A stretch of 48,460 nt of DNA, from NCBI GenBank assembly GCA_964493525.1, contig CAZBOK010000002.1, positions 1 to 48,460 on the forward strand, written 5' to 3'. How positions within the stretch are numbered: the stretch's first letter is position 1; every line of letters begins with the position of its first letter. The notes under the pieces were generated by a model. That model did not search any database. It saw nothing but the letters and a program-made list of their open reading frames with translations, and was not told the origin of the DNA. Made by a program: the position numbers and the translations under genes. This DNA comes from an uncultured Phycisphaeraceae bacterium (GTDB lineage Bacteria > Planctomycetota > B15-G4 > JADJEK01). Below, one piece after another: positions 25,344 to 35,047 of this stretch.

Positions 25344-26368
25344 AGGAGATGCTCGACCGACTCCTCGACGGGCGATCGTTGCGCGAGGCGGAAGCGGCCG
25401 ACCTCCTTCTCGCTCTCGTGGACGAATCGATGGATCCCGCGCTCGCGGGTGCGCTGCTCGCGGCGCTGCGCGCTCATGGTGAGACGCCGGACGAGTTGCG
25501 CGGAATGGCGCTCGCGATGCGCAGCCGGATGCGCCGGCCGCGCCTGTCGCGCACCGCGCCGCTCGTCGACACGTGCGGCACCGGCGGGGACGGGACGTCG
25601 AGCGTGAACCTGTCGACCGGGTCGGCGTTGCTCGTCGCGGCGTGCGGCGTGCGGGTCGCGAAACACGGCAATCGCGCGGTTTCGTCGCGCTGCGGAAGCG
25701 CAGACGTCGTCGAGGCGCTCGGCCTCCCGTTGCCGCTCGACGAGTCCCGCGCCGGCCTCGCGCTCGATCGATTGGGGTTCACGTTCCTGTTCGCGCCGCA
25801 CTTCCATCCGGCGATGCGACGCCTCGCGCAAGTGCGTCGCGCGCTCGGCGTGCGCACCGCGTTCAACCTGCTCGGTCCGCTCGTGAATCCGGCGGAGCCG
25901 GAATTCCAATCGATCGGAGCGTTCGATCGCATCGCGGCGCGCCGCATCGCGGACGCGCTGTCGGGGATGTCGATCACACGCGCGTTCGTCGTCCATGGCG
26001 CCTGCGGCTTCGACGAGCCGACGCCGTGCGGACCGTTCGACTTGCTCGACGTCCGTCCCGGCAGCGTCGTGGAGACGCGCCGTGATCCGCGCGAGTTCGG
26101 CGTCGCGCGTTGCGATCCGGACGATCTAGCCGGCGGCAACGCGACGGAAAACGCTCGAGCGCTGCGCGACGCGCTGTCGGGAGCGCAGGGCCCTTGCCGC
26201 GACGCGGTTGTCCTCGGCGCCGCGCTCGTTCTCGAGCTGGTCGGCCACTCCTCGACGCCGATCGAAGCCGCTCGAACTGCGTGCGCAGCGATCGACGACG
26301 GCCGCGCGGCCCGGTTGCTCGCGGATCTCGCCGCCTTCGGCCGCACGGCGGAGGGAGACACACCATGA
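25340..26368 (+). CDS. trpD: anthranilate phosphoribosyltransferase
   Basis: ATGA overlap with trpG. Motifs DTCGTGGDG, KHGNRAVSSRCGSADVVEALG and NLLGPLVNP. Confidence 0.95.
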   Translation: MKEMLDRLLDGRSLREAEAADLLLALVDESMDPALAGALLAALRAHGETPDELRGMALAMRSRMRRPRLSRTAPLVDTCGTGGDGTSSVNLSTGSALLVAACGVRVAKHGNRAVSSRCGSADVVEALGLPLPLDESRAGLALDRLGFTFLFAPHFHPAMRRLAQVRRALGVRTAFNLLGPLVNPAEPEFQSIGAFDRIAARRIADALSGMSITRAFVVHGACGFDEPTPCGPFDLLDVRPGSVVETRRDPREFGVARCDPDDLAGGNATENARALRDALSGAQGPCRDAVVLGAALVLELVGHSSTPIEAARTACAAIDDGRAARLLADLAAFGRTAEGDTP

Positions 26369-27213
26369 ACGGGTTCCTCGATCGGATGAGGCGCTCGAGC
26401 GAGGCGCGCGTTGCCGCGGCGCGCGCCGGCGAGTCGCTCTCCTCCCTACGGTCGCGCGCACTCGCGACTCGGGCTCCGTCGCCGCTCGTCGCGCACGCAT
26501 CGGGCTTCGACCTGATCGCCGAGTCGAAACTCGCCGCGCCTTCCTCGGGTGTGCTCGCGCGCCCGGACGATCCGGACGCGTTCGTCGCCGATCGCGCGCG
26601 CGCATACGCGAGCGGCGGGGCGGCCGCCGTCTCCGTGCTGACGGAGCCCGACTGGTTCCACGGCGGCCTCTCCCACCTCGCCGCGGCCGCACGGGCGGTC
26701 GCCGTCCCGGTCATGCGGAAGGACTTCGTCGTCGACGTGCGCCAAGTGTTCGAAGCGCGCGCGCACGGCGCCAGCGGCGTGCTGTTGATCGTGCGGCTCG
26801 TCGATGCCGCGCGACTCCGCGAGCTGTTCGATGCCGCGCGCGAAGCCGGCCTGTTCGTGCTCGTCGAGGCGTTCGACGCGGCCGACCTCGAAGTCGCCGT
26901 CCGGCTCGCGAGCTCCGCGCGCGATTCGCGGCTTCTCGTCGGAGTGAATGCGCGCGACCTCGACACGCTGGAGATCGACGCCGCGCGGCTCGCGGCTCTC
27001 GAAACACTCGCCAGAGCACTGCCACTGGAGACGCCGCGCGTCGCGGAGAGCGGGCTCGCGTCGCCCGCCGATGCGGCGCGCGTCGCATCGCGCGGATGGA
27101 GCTTCGTACTGGTCGGCACGGCACTCATGCGCGCCGCCGATCCCGCCGCCGAGGTCGCGCGCCTCGTCGCAGCGGGGCGCGGCGCGGCGGCGGGATCGAA
27201 GTTGTCGCGATGA
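26365..27213 (+). CDS. trpC: indole-3-glycerol phosphate synthase
   Basis: ATGA overlap with trpD. Motifs VLTEPDWFHG, PVMRKDF and GVNARDL...ESG. Confidence 0.9.
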   Translation: MNGFLDRMRRSSEARVAAARAGESLSSLRSRALATRAPSPLVAHASGFDLIAESKLAAPSSGVLARPDDPDAFVADRARAYASGGAAAVSVLTEPDWFHGGLSHLAAAARAVAVPVMRKDFVVDVRQVFEARAHGASGVLLIVRLVDAARLRELFDAAREAGLFVLVEAFDAADLEVAVRLASSARDSRLLVGVNARDLDTLEIDAARLAALETLARALPLETPRVAESGLASPADAARVASRGWSFVLVGTALMRAADPAAEVARLVAAGRGAAAGSKLSR

Positions 27214-27857
27214 GGATCTTCGTGAAGATCTGCGGGCTGACGAGCGAGGCGGCGGTCGATGCGGCGGTCGACGCCGGCGCCGACGCGATCGGTTTCGTGC
27301 TCGCGCCATCGCCGCGCCGCGTGACGACGGCGCGCGCGGCCGCACTGGCGGAACGAGTCCCGCCCGGAGTACTGCGCGTTCTCGTGTTCCGTCACGTCGA
27401 CGCCGGAGAGCTGCAGGCGTGCCGCGACGCGCTCGACTTCGACGTGGTGCAGGCCGACGCGGGCGCGATCGCTGCGCTCGAGGCGCGCGATCCTGCGGCG
27501 CGCGGCGCCGATTTCCTTCCGGTGCATCACGACGGCGTCGACCTGCTCGAACGCGTGGCGGCGTCCACACGGTTGTGCGTGCTCGACGGCCCCCTCGGGC
27601 CGGGCCGTGGCGCGCGCGCCGATGTCGATCGCGCCGCCAGGCTCGCGCGGCAGCGGCCGATCCTGCTCGCCGGCGGGCTCGACGCGGACGTCGTCGGCGA
27701 CGCGATCGCGCGCGTGCGTCCGTTCGGCGTCGACGTCAGCTCGGGCGTCGAAGCGATTCCCGGAATGAAGGACCCCCGGCGGATCGCCGCGTTCGTCGCG
27801 GCGGTGCGCGCCGCGGAGACAGTTGCGGAGCGGCGGATGGACGGGAGCGACCGATGA
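27210..27857 (+). CDS. trpF: phosphoribosylanthranilate isomerase
   Basis: ATGA overlap with trpC. Motifs MRIFVKICGLT, GADAIGFV, LLAGGL and GVDVSSGVE. Confidence 0.9.
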   Translation: MRIFVKICGLTSEAAVDAAVDAGADAIGFVLAPSPRRVTTARAAALAERVPPGVLRVLVFRHVDAGELQACRDALDFDVVQADAGAIAALEARDPAARGADFLPVHHDGVDLLERVAASTRLCVLDGPLGPGRGARADVDRAARLARQRPILLAGGLDADVVGDAIARVRPFGVDVSSGVEAIPGMKDPRRIAAFVAAVRAAETVAERRMDGSDR

Positions 27858-29068
27858 TCGTGGACTTCGCTCGTGAACTCGAACGATTGATCGCCGGGGA
27901 GTACCCGGACGTGCGCGGGCGCTACGGTCCGTTCGGCGGGCGCTTCGTTCCCGAGACGCTGATTCCGGCTCTCGATCGCCTCGAGCGCGAATGTCGAGCG
28001 GCATTCGCCGACGCGGCGTTCCTGACGGAGTTGGCGGCCGAGCGCGCGGGTTTCATCGGGCGCCCCACGCCGCTCACGCGCGCCGTTCGACTGGCCGAGA
28101 GCCCGGCGCGGATCCACCTGAAGCGCGAGGATCTCGCCCACACCGGGGCGCACAAGATCAACAACGCGATCGGCCAGGCCCTGCTCGCTCGGCGGTCCGG
28201 CGCGCGACGCGTGATCGCCGAGACCGGCGCGGGTCAACACGGCGTCGCGACGGCCGCGGCGTGTGCACGCGTCGGATTGCCGTGCCGCGTCTACATGGGC
28301 TCGCTCGACGTCGATCGACAGGCCCCGAACGTCGACCGCATGCGGCGACTCGGCGCGGAGGTCGTGCCGATCGCGACGGGCGATCGAACGCTGCGCGCGG
28401 CGATCGACGAGGCACTTCGCGACTGGGTCACGCGTCCGGAGGACACCTGGTATCTGCTCGGCTCCGTGGTCGGACCACATCCATACCCGTGGCTCGTGGC
28501 GCAACTCCAACGCGTGATCGGGGACGAAGCGCGCGCCCAGTTCCTGAGCGCGGAGGGGCGTCTGCCGGACGTCGTGGTCGCGTGCGTCGGCGGCGGATCG
28601 AACGCGATCGGCGCGTTCCGCGCGTTCCTCGGCGATCTCGACGTCGAGCTGGTCGGCGTCGAGGCGGGCGGCCGCGGCGACGCGCTCGGCGACCACGCCG
28701 CGACGCTTCGCCACGGCGCCCCGGGTGTCCTGCATGGCGCGTACTCGATGCTGCTGCAGACCGCCGACGGCCAGGTGGTCGAGACGCATTCGGTGTCTGC
28801 GGGGCTCGACTATCCGGGCGTCGGTCCCGAGCACTCGCTCCTGCGCGCGATCGGCCGCGTGCGCTACCACGTCGCGCGCGACGACGAAGCGGTCGCCGCG
28901 TTCAATGCGTGTTGCCGCCTCGAAGGGATCGTGCCGGCTCTCGAATCCGCGCACGCGCTCGCCGTCGCATCGCGGATCGCGCGCGAGCGGCCCGGCGCGC
29001 GCATCCTCGTCTGCCTGTCGGGGCGTGGCGACAAGGACCTCCCGCAACTGGCGCGGGTGCTTTCATGA
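27854..29068 (+). CDS. trpB: tryptophan synthase beta chain
   Basis: ATGA overlap with trpF. Motifs [32 protein letters not shown] and GGGSNAIG. Confidence 0.95.
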   Translation: MIVDFARELERLIAGEYPDVRGRYGPFGGRFVPETLIPALDRLERECRAAFADAAFLTELAAERAGFIGRPTPLTRAVRLAESPARIHLKREDLAHTGAHKINNAIGQALLARRSGARRVIAETGAGQHGVATAAACARVGLPCRVYMGSLDVDRQAPNVDRMRRLGAEVVPIATGDRTLRAAIDEALRDWVTRPEDTWYLLGSVVGPHPYPWLVAQLQRVIGDEARAQFLSAEGRLPDVVVACVGGGSNAIGAFRAFLGDLDVELVGVEAGGRGDALGDHAATLRHGAPGVLHGAYSMLLQTADGQVVETHSVSAGLDYPGVGPEHSLLRAIGRVRYHVARDDEAVAAFNACCRLEGIVPALESAHALAVASRIARERPGARILVCLSGRGDKDLPQLARVLS

Positions 29069-29877
29069 GCCCGTGCTCCGGCGGCGATCGGATCGCGACG
29101 GCGATTCGCGACGGCGCGCGCGGCGGATCGCCGGCGATCGTCGCCTACCTCACCGCAGGCTGGCCGACGCCCGAGCGTTTCGCGCGGCTCGTGCCGGAGA
29201 TCGCGGCGGAAGCCGACGTCGTCGAGATCGGCGTCCCCTTCTCCGATCCGATGGCGGACGGCGCGACGATCCAGCGCACGAGCCGCGTCGCGCTCGAGAA
29301 CGGCGTCGACCTGCGATCGATCCTCGCCGCGCTCGCGTCGGTCGCGCCGCGGGCCGACGTGCCGTTCGTCTTGATGAGCTACGTGAACCCGCTGCTCGCG
29401 TACGGGCTCGAAGCGCTCGCGAGCGACGCGGCGGCCGCCGGCGTCGCCGGCCTCATCGTCCCCGACTTGCCGATCGAGGAAAGCGCGGCGTGCGATTCGG
29501 CGTTCGCGATGCATGGGATCGCGATGATCCGGCTCGCGACGCCCGCAACGCCCGAGGAGCGGCTCTTCCGGCTCGCGCGCGCGAGCCAAGGGTTCCTGTA
29601 CGCGGTCACGGTGAACGGCGTGACGGGCGGCTCGGCCGAGCCGCCCATCGATCGACTCCGGCAGCACCTCGCTCGCGTGCGCGCCGCGACCGATCTTCCG
29701 ATCTGCGCGGGATTCGGGATGCGCTCCGCGGAACAGGTGCGGGCGCTCGCGGGCGCGGCCGACGGCGTGATCGTCGGCTCGGCGCTCCTCGAAGCGATCG
29801 AAGCGGGCGCCGACGGGGCGAGTTTCCTGCGCGCGCTGCGCGCTCCGCTCGATGCGTCGCAGGGAGGACGTCCATGA
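29065..29877 (+). CDS. trpA: tryptophan synthase alpha chain
   Basis: ATGA overlap with trpB. Motifs [25 protein letters not shown] and GFG...VGSAL. Confidence 0.95.
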   Translation: MSPCSGGDRIATAIRDGARGGSPAIVAYLTAGWPTPERFARLVPEIAAEADVVEIGVPFSDPMADGATIQRTSRVALENGVDLRSILAALASVAPRADVPFVLMSYVNPLLAYGLEALASDAAAAGVAGLIVPDLPIEESAACDSAFAMHGIAMIRLATPATPEERLFRLARASQGFLYAVTVNGVTGGSAEPPIDRLRQHLARVRAATDLPICAGFGMRSAEQVRALAGAADGVIVGSALLEAIEAGADGASFLRALRAPLDASQGGRP

Positions 29878-30899
29878 TCGCGGTGCTCGAACCGAACTGC
29901 CCGCTGCGCGTGAAAGCCGAAGTCGTGCGGACGATCGAGGCCCGCGGCCTGCGCGTCCAAGTGAGCGAACGCGACGACACGACCTGGGTCGGCGTCGTCG
30001 GTCCCGGCGCGGAAGGAATGGGAGCCGTCCTTGCGGCGCTGCCGGGCGTGCGCGACGTGCGGCCGCACGCGGAGCCGTACCCGCTCGTGTCGCGCGAGCT
30101 GCATCCCAAGGACACGGTCGTGCGCGTCGGCGACGTCGCAATCGGCGGGAACGACGTCGTGATCATCGCCGGCCCGTGCGCGGTCGAGTCGCCCGAACAG
30201 CTCGCCACGGTGGCGCGAGAGGTGGCCGGCGCGGGCGCGCGACTCCTGCGCGGCGGAGCGTTCAAGCCGCGGACTTCGCCCTACAGTTTCCAGGGACTCG
30301 GCGAGGAAGGCCTCCGCGCGCTCGCGGCGGCGCGCGTCGCGACCGGCCTGCTCGTCGTCACCGAGGTCGTCGCTCCGGAGGACGTCGAGGTCGTCGGCCG
30401 CTTCGCGGACGTGCTGCAGGTCGGCGCGCGCAACATGCAGAACTTCCGGTTGCTCACGGCGGTCGGCCGCCAACCGCGGCCCGTTCTGCTCAAGCGCGGA
30501 ATGATGTCGACGGTCGAGGAGCTCCTGCTCGCGGCGGAGTACGTCGTCGCCGCGGGGAACCCGCGGGTGATGCTGTGCGAGCGCGGCATCCGCACCTTCG
30601 AGACGACGACGCGCAACACGCTCGACGTCAGCGCGGTCCCTGTGCTGAAGGAGCGGACGCACCTGCCGATCGTCGTCGACCCGAGCCACGCGGCCGGACG
30701 TCGCGAGCTCGTTCCCGCGCTCGCGCGCGCCGCGGTCGCCGCCGGCGCAGATGCGTTGATCGTCGAGGTTCATTCCGACCCGGACCATGCGTTGTCGGAC
30801 GGACGGCAAAGTCTCGCGCCGGCGGCGTTCCGCGAGCTGGTCGACGTCGTTGCCCGCGTCGCGGCAGCGGTCGGCCGCGGGATTGACCGCGGGCGATAG
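29874..30899 (+). CDS. aroF: 3-deoxy-7-phosphoheptulonate (DAHP) synthase, type I-beta with an N-terminal ferredoxin-like/ACT-like regulatory domain
   Basis: ATGA overlap with trpA. It is collinear with Thermotoga-type DAHPS ([59 protein letters not shown]). An approx 70-aa N-terminal extra domain begins MIAVLEPN. Confidence 0.9.
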   Translation: MIAVLEPNCPLRVKAEVVRTIEARGLRVQVSERDDTTWVGVVGPGAEGMGAVLAALPGVRDVRPHAEPYPLVSRELHPKDTVVRVGDVAIGGNDVVIIAGPCAVESPEQLATVAREVAGAGARLLRGGAFKPRTSPYSFQGLGEEGLRALAAARVATGLLVVTEVVAPEDVEVVGRFADVLQVGARNMQNFRLLTAVGRQPRPVLLKRGMMSTVEELLLAAEYVVAAGNPRVMLCERGIRTFETTTRNTLDVSAVPVLKERTHLPIVVDPSHAAGRRELVPALARAAVAAGADALIVEVHSDPDHALSDGRQSLAPAAFRELVDVVARVAAAVGRGIDRGR

Positions 30900-30908
30900 G
30901 CAACTCTC

Positions 30909-30937
30909 GGGCGCACACAGAACGCAACCGTGCGCCC
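30909..30937 (+). terminator. 8-bp hairpin GGGCGCAC...GTGCGCCC with a 13-nt loop, 10 nt after the aroF stop; weak terminator candidate
   Basis: Stem read directly from the sequence. No U-tract follows. Confidence 0.3.
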
Positions 30938-31057
30938 TCCGCGCCGCCATCTCGACGGCCTCTGGAAGGAGACGCTCGACAAAGAGCTCCTGGCCGTGGC
31001 GCGGGGCGGGTCGAAGTCGGACGCGAATCGTCGACTCCCACTTAGGATCGCCCGCCG

Positions 31058-33085
31058 ATGCCGAACCCGAATCGCCCGCCTCCCGCGTTCGGTGACGACG
31101 ACGAACCGGCGCCGCGCGCGCCCGCGCCGCCGAAAGCGCCGCCCGTCCCGCCGGCACCGGCCGCGCCGACCGCACCCGGACCGACATCGCACCCTCCGAC
31201 GAACGCGCGTCCCGGCGCGCCCTGGTCGATCGTCGCGGTCCTGTGCCTTCTGCTCGGCGGCGCGATCGGCGCGCTCGTCATGTCGTGGTGGGAGCGACGC
31301 AACGCACCCGTTCCCCAGATCGTCTACCTGCCCGCGCCGCCGCCCGCAGTCGTCGCGCCGTCTCCGCCGCCGTCGGCATCCGCGCCCGCGTCCGCACCGG
31401 CGAATGCAACGGATGCCGCGCGCTCACGCGAGGTCGTGTCGAGCGCGACTCCGAAGGCTCCCGCCGCTCCGGCGCCGGCCGACGTCTCTCCCGACGGATT
31501 GCTCGCGGCGTTCGGCGCGTCGATCCTCACGCTCACCGCCGAGGACGAACGCGGCGGCAAGCTTCCGCCCGGCCCGGCCGTCGTGGTCGCGCGCAATGTC
31601 GTGCTCGCGCCGTGGTCCGCGCTCGACGGCGGCGCGCGCGCGACGCTGCGTTCCACGGGCCGCGCGTCGTTCCCCGTCACCGGCGTCGTCGCGCAGAACG
31701 CGCAGCTCGATCTCGTGCTGCTCGCGTTCACCGCGCCCGACGACGTGGTCCAGAAACTCCCGCTCGTCCCGTTCGCCGCGGCCGGGCTCCCCACGGCCGA
31801 GCCGTGCGCGCTCCTGCCGTCGATCGTCGAGCAGGACGGCGCCGCGCGCCTCGTCGTGTTGTCGCCCGGCGCGATCGACCCGAGGTCGGGCGGCCCGCGC
31901 TTCGAGGCGAAGGTCGGGAAGGACGACGCGTTCTTCGGCGCGGCGTTCGACGCGCGCGGCGGCCTCGTCGCGCTCGCTCCCGGCGCCGGTCCGTACGCGA
32001 TCCCCACGGCCGCCGCGTCGCAGTGGCCGATGGATGCCGGCGCGGCGATCGCGATCGACGCGTTCCTGAAGAACCTCGGCCCGGCGTCGACGACCGCGCG
32101 GTTGCGGCTGGCGCGCGCGCTGCTGAAGGATCAGCGATACATGGATGCCGCGCGCGCCTTCCTGCAGGTGCTCGCGGAGGACGCGCGGCTGCTGCAAGAC
32201 GCGCGCGCCGATCTGATCACGGCGACGACCGAGGCCGCGCGCGCGTCGGTCGGCTCGGGCGACGGGCAGTCGGCGTTCGCGCTCCTGCGCGACGTGCTCC
32301 GGCTGATCGCCGACGATGCCGAGTTGTGGGCCGCGCAGGGCCGCGCGCTCGCGATGCTCGGCAACGTCGCCGGCTCGATCGACGCGTTCCGCCAGGGCGC
32401 GGCCGTCGATCCGAAGCGCGCGAGAGCGCTGCTCACCGAGGCGCGCGGGATCCTGATGGACGCCGTGAACGTCGAGCTCGGCCGCGGCGAGCAGGCCGCG
32501 GCGCTCGCGCTCCTGCTCGATCACCGTCGCGCGTTCCCGGACGACGGGAAGCTGCGCATGACCGCCGGTCAGATCCAGATGCAGTTGAAGCGCTTCCTCG
32601 AGGCCGAACAGTTGTTCCGCGAGGCGGCGACGCTCGACGCGACGGTGTCCGCCGAGGCGCTCGCGAGCGCGCAGAAGGCGCACGATCTCGCCGGCGGGCC
32701 GGGCGCGGTGATCGTCGATTTCGATCCGGGAGTCGCGGACATCGTCGTCACCGCGCGATTGAACGCGAGCGTGTCGGTGCGCCTGCGCGTCGACGAGTCG
32801 GCGCAATACGTGATGCTGCCGCCCGCGCTCGCGACGGCCGCCGGCTACGTCGTCGGCTCCGTTCCACGCATTCGTTGGTTCCCCGACCCGAAGGCGCCGG
32901 AAGTTCCGAAGCTCACGCTCTCGACGATCTCGGTGAACGGCGTGCAGCAGGCGCAGGTCGACGCGCTGCTGCTCGACGGCCAGGCCGGCGGAACCGCGGA
33001 CGGAGTGCTCGGCGCGTCGTTCCTCGGCCGGTTCCGCAAGATCGAGGACCGCGCGCTCGGCCGGATGGTGCTGTACCCGCGCTGA
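31058..33085 (+). CDS. single-pass membrane protein: Pro-rich N-terminus, trypsin-fold-like region, TPR-like helical region, C-terminal retropepsin-like (clan AA) domain with a divergent active-site motif
   Basis: TM segment WSIVAVLCLLLGGAIGALVMSWW. The C-terminal block ...RLRVDESAQYVMLP...DGVLGASFLGRF... matches the layout of bacterial clan-AA aspartic protease domains, but has DESA where DTGA is expected. Confidence 0.8.
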   Translation: MPNPNRPPPAFGDDDEPAPRAPAPPKAPPVPPAPAAPTAPGPTSHPPTNARPGAPWSIVAVLCLLLGGAIGALVMSWWERRNAPVPQIVYLPAPPPAVVAPSPPPSASAPASAPANATDAARSREVVSSATPKAPAAPAPADVSPDGLLAAFGASILTLTAEDERGGKLPPGPAVVVARNVVLAPWSALDGGARATLRSTGRASFPVTGVVAQNAQLDLVLLAFTAPDDVVQKLPLVPFAAAGLPTAEPCALLPSIVEQDGAARLVVLSPGAIDPRSGGPRFEAKVGKDDAFFGAAFDARGGLVALAPGAGPYAIPTAAASQWPMDAGAAIAIDAFLKNLGPASTTARLRLARALLKDQRYMDAARAFLQVLAEDARLLQDARADLITATTEAARASVGSGDGQSAFALLRDVLRLIADDAELWAAQGRALAMLGNVAGSIDAFRQGAAVDPKRARALLTEARGILMDAVNVELGRGEQAAALALLLDHRRAFPDDGKLRMTAGQIQMQLKRFLEAEQLFREAATLDATVSAEALASAQKAHDLAGGPGAVIVDFDPGVADIVVTARLNASVSVRLRVDESAQYVMLPPALATAAGYVVGSVPRIRWFPDPKAPEVPKLTLSTISVNGVQQAQVDALLLDGQAGGTADGVLGASFLGRFRKIEDRALGRMVLYPR

Positions 33086-33203
33086 CACGTATCCTGGCGC
33101 GCTCCGCGGCGTCACGAAGGAAGAGCTGCTCGAGAGGGCGGGGAGCGTGACGGACGCGCGCCCTCGGCTCGAGGCGTTCCGGACATCGCGGGGAGGATCC
33201 TCA

Positions 33204-33863
33204 ATGACTCGAACGTGGGCGCTCGGACTCGTCGCGTGCGCGGGGATGGTCGGCTCGTGCGACCGGCTCGTGGATCGCGAGCCGCCGGAGCCGGGGAGGT
33301 TCCGCGTTCGCACGATCGCGAACCCGGGCGGCTCCCTCGCGAACCACGTCGCGTCGCTCGCCGTCGCCGTCGAGGTGGACTATGGCGGCCCGAACGCGTG
33401 GATCGAGTTGATCTGCGAGAACGTGACGGAGGATCGCGAAGCCGCGACGATCGTGCTGCATCGGGAACAGTTCGGCGCCGTCGTCGTCGAGAAGCATGCC
33501 GACGGCTCCACGTGCAGCGTCGAGCGCGCTCCGTTCGCCGCCACCCGACAGCAGTTCGTCGTCTCGATCACGCGGCTCGAGCACGACGTCGATGGAGACA
33601 AGAACTGCTTCGTGAAGGTTGCGACCGTCGACCCGCAGTTTCCGGACACCGCACACGTCGCGCAGATCTTCGCGCATCTCGACGCCTACGAGCACTCGTC
33701 GCCGAATGAAGAAACGTGGCCCTTCGTGAACGGCGAGTTCGACGATTCGCGTGCCGTCGAGATCTGGAGCGCCGCGCACGTCGACGAGATCGAAGGCGGC
33801 GACCCGCCGCGCCGGCACGTCGCGTCGGAGTCGACCTTGAAGATCCGCTTCGCCGACCACTGA
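33204..33863 (+). CDS. hypothetical lipoprotein
   Basis: ATG 33204 with GGGAGG 7 nt upstream. Signal plus lipobox MTRTWALGLVACAGMVGSC. No recognisable domain. Confidence 0.7.
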   Translation: MTRTWALGLVACAGMVGSCDRLVDREPPEPGRFRVRTIANPGGSLANHVASLAVAVEVDYGGPNAWIELICENVTEDREAATIVLHREQFGAVVVEKHADGSTCSVERAPFAATRQQFVVSITRLEHDVDGDKNCFVKVATVDPQFPDTAHVAQIFAHLDAYEHSSPNEETWPFVNGEFDDSRAVEIWSAAHVDEIEGGDPPRRHVASESTLKIRFADH

Positions 33864-33946
33864 CGCGGCGACTCCGGTCCCGCGACTCGAACCGGGACGG
33901 GGACGAGTTCTTGCGGCAGCGCTCCCCCGAATGCGAGACTCCCGCG

Positions 33947-34939
33947 ATGGGTTCGCGCCTTCCTCTCCTCGTCACCGGCGCCGCCGGGTTCATCGCGTCG
34001 CGCTTCGTCGCCGCGTGCAACGCGCGCGGGATCCCGGTGGTCTCGGTCGATTCGCGCGATCACTTCCGCACCCGGCCCGAGCTCGCCGGGATCGACTTCG
34101 GGCGCATCATCGACCGCGATGAGCTCCTGCCGATGCTCGCTGCGACGGGGGCCGCCGCGCTGCCCGCTCTCGCGGGGATCGTCCACCTCGGCGCGTGCAC
34201 CGACACGACGCAGCTCGACGTCGCGTTCCTGCGGCGCGTGAACGTCGAGTATTCGCAGGCGCTCTGGTCGTTCGCGACGGCGCACCGTGTCACGTTCGTC
34301 TACGCGAGCAGCGCGGCGACCTACGGCGGCGGCGAGCACGGCTACTCCGACGACGAAGCGGGCATCGATCGCCTCGTGCCGCTCAACCCGTACGGAGATT
34401 CGAAGCTGATCTTCGACCGCTGGGCGCTCGCCGAGGAGAGTGCCGGCCGCGCTCCGCCCGCATGGAGCGGCTTCAAGTTCTTCAACGTCTACGGCCCGGG
34501 CGAGCGCCACAAGGGACGCATGGCGAGCGTCGTGCTGCACGCGTTCGATCAGATCCGCGCGTCGGGACGCGTGAAGCTGTTCAAGAGCCACCGCGCCGGC
34601 ATCGCCGACGGCCACCAGCAGCGCGACTTCGTGCACGTCGGCGACGTCGTCGACATCCTCTTCTTCGCGCTCGAGCGCCCGCTGCGCCGCGGCATCTTCA
34701 ACCTCGGCACGGGGCAGGCGCGCACGTTCCTCGACCTCGTGAACGCGACGTTCGCGGCGCTCGCGCTCGAGCCGCGCATCGACTTCATCGACACGCCGGT
34801 CGATCTGCGCGCGCGGTACCAGTACTTCACTCAGGCCGACATGAACAAGCTGCGCGCCTCCGGTTGGACGCGTCCGTTCACGTCGCTCGAATCGGGCGTC
34901 CGCAAGACCGTCGAGCACCTCGTCGCCGCCGCGCGTTGA
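33947..34939 (+). CDS. hldD: ADP-L-glycero-D-manno-heptose 6-epimerase
   Basis: Collinear with E. coli HldD/RfaD: VTGAAGFI, ASSAATYGG, PLNPYGDSK, FKFFNVYGPGERHKGRMASV, QRDFVHVGDV, FNLGTG, RYQYFTQADMNKLRASG. Confidence 0.9.
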   Translation: MGSRLPLLVTGAAGFIASRFVAACNARGIPVVSVDSRDHFRTRPELAGIDFGRIIDRDELLPMLAATGAAALPALAGIVHLGACTDTTQLDVAFLRRVNVEYSQALWSFATAHRVTFVYASSAATYGGGEHGYSDDEAGIDRLVPLNPYGDSKLIFDRWALAEESAGRAPPAWSGFKFFNVYGPGERHKGRMASVVLHAFDQIRASGRVKLFKSHRAGIADGHQQRDFVHVGDVVDILFFALERPLRRGIFNLGTGQARTFLDLVNATFAALALEPRIDFIDTPVDLRARYQYFTQADMNKLRASGWTRPFTSLESGVRKTVEHLVAAAR

Positions 34940-35047
34940 TTCACGCCCGGTGCGGTGGATTTCTTTGGTAAGACGGTCGCACCCTCTCTCGGCACCGATG
35001 GCCCACCTGCTCCCAGAGGCTTCCAGAGGCCACCACTCCAAACTCCG

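Noticed and set aside
34940-35047. A relatively AT-richer 108-nt spacer after hldD, as a possible tRNA or small RNA.
   Set aside because: I could see no cloverleaf-compatible stems, no T-loop consensus and no convincing terminator. It is most simply the promoter/5' UTR of the ABC operon.
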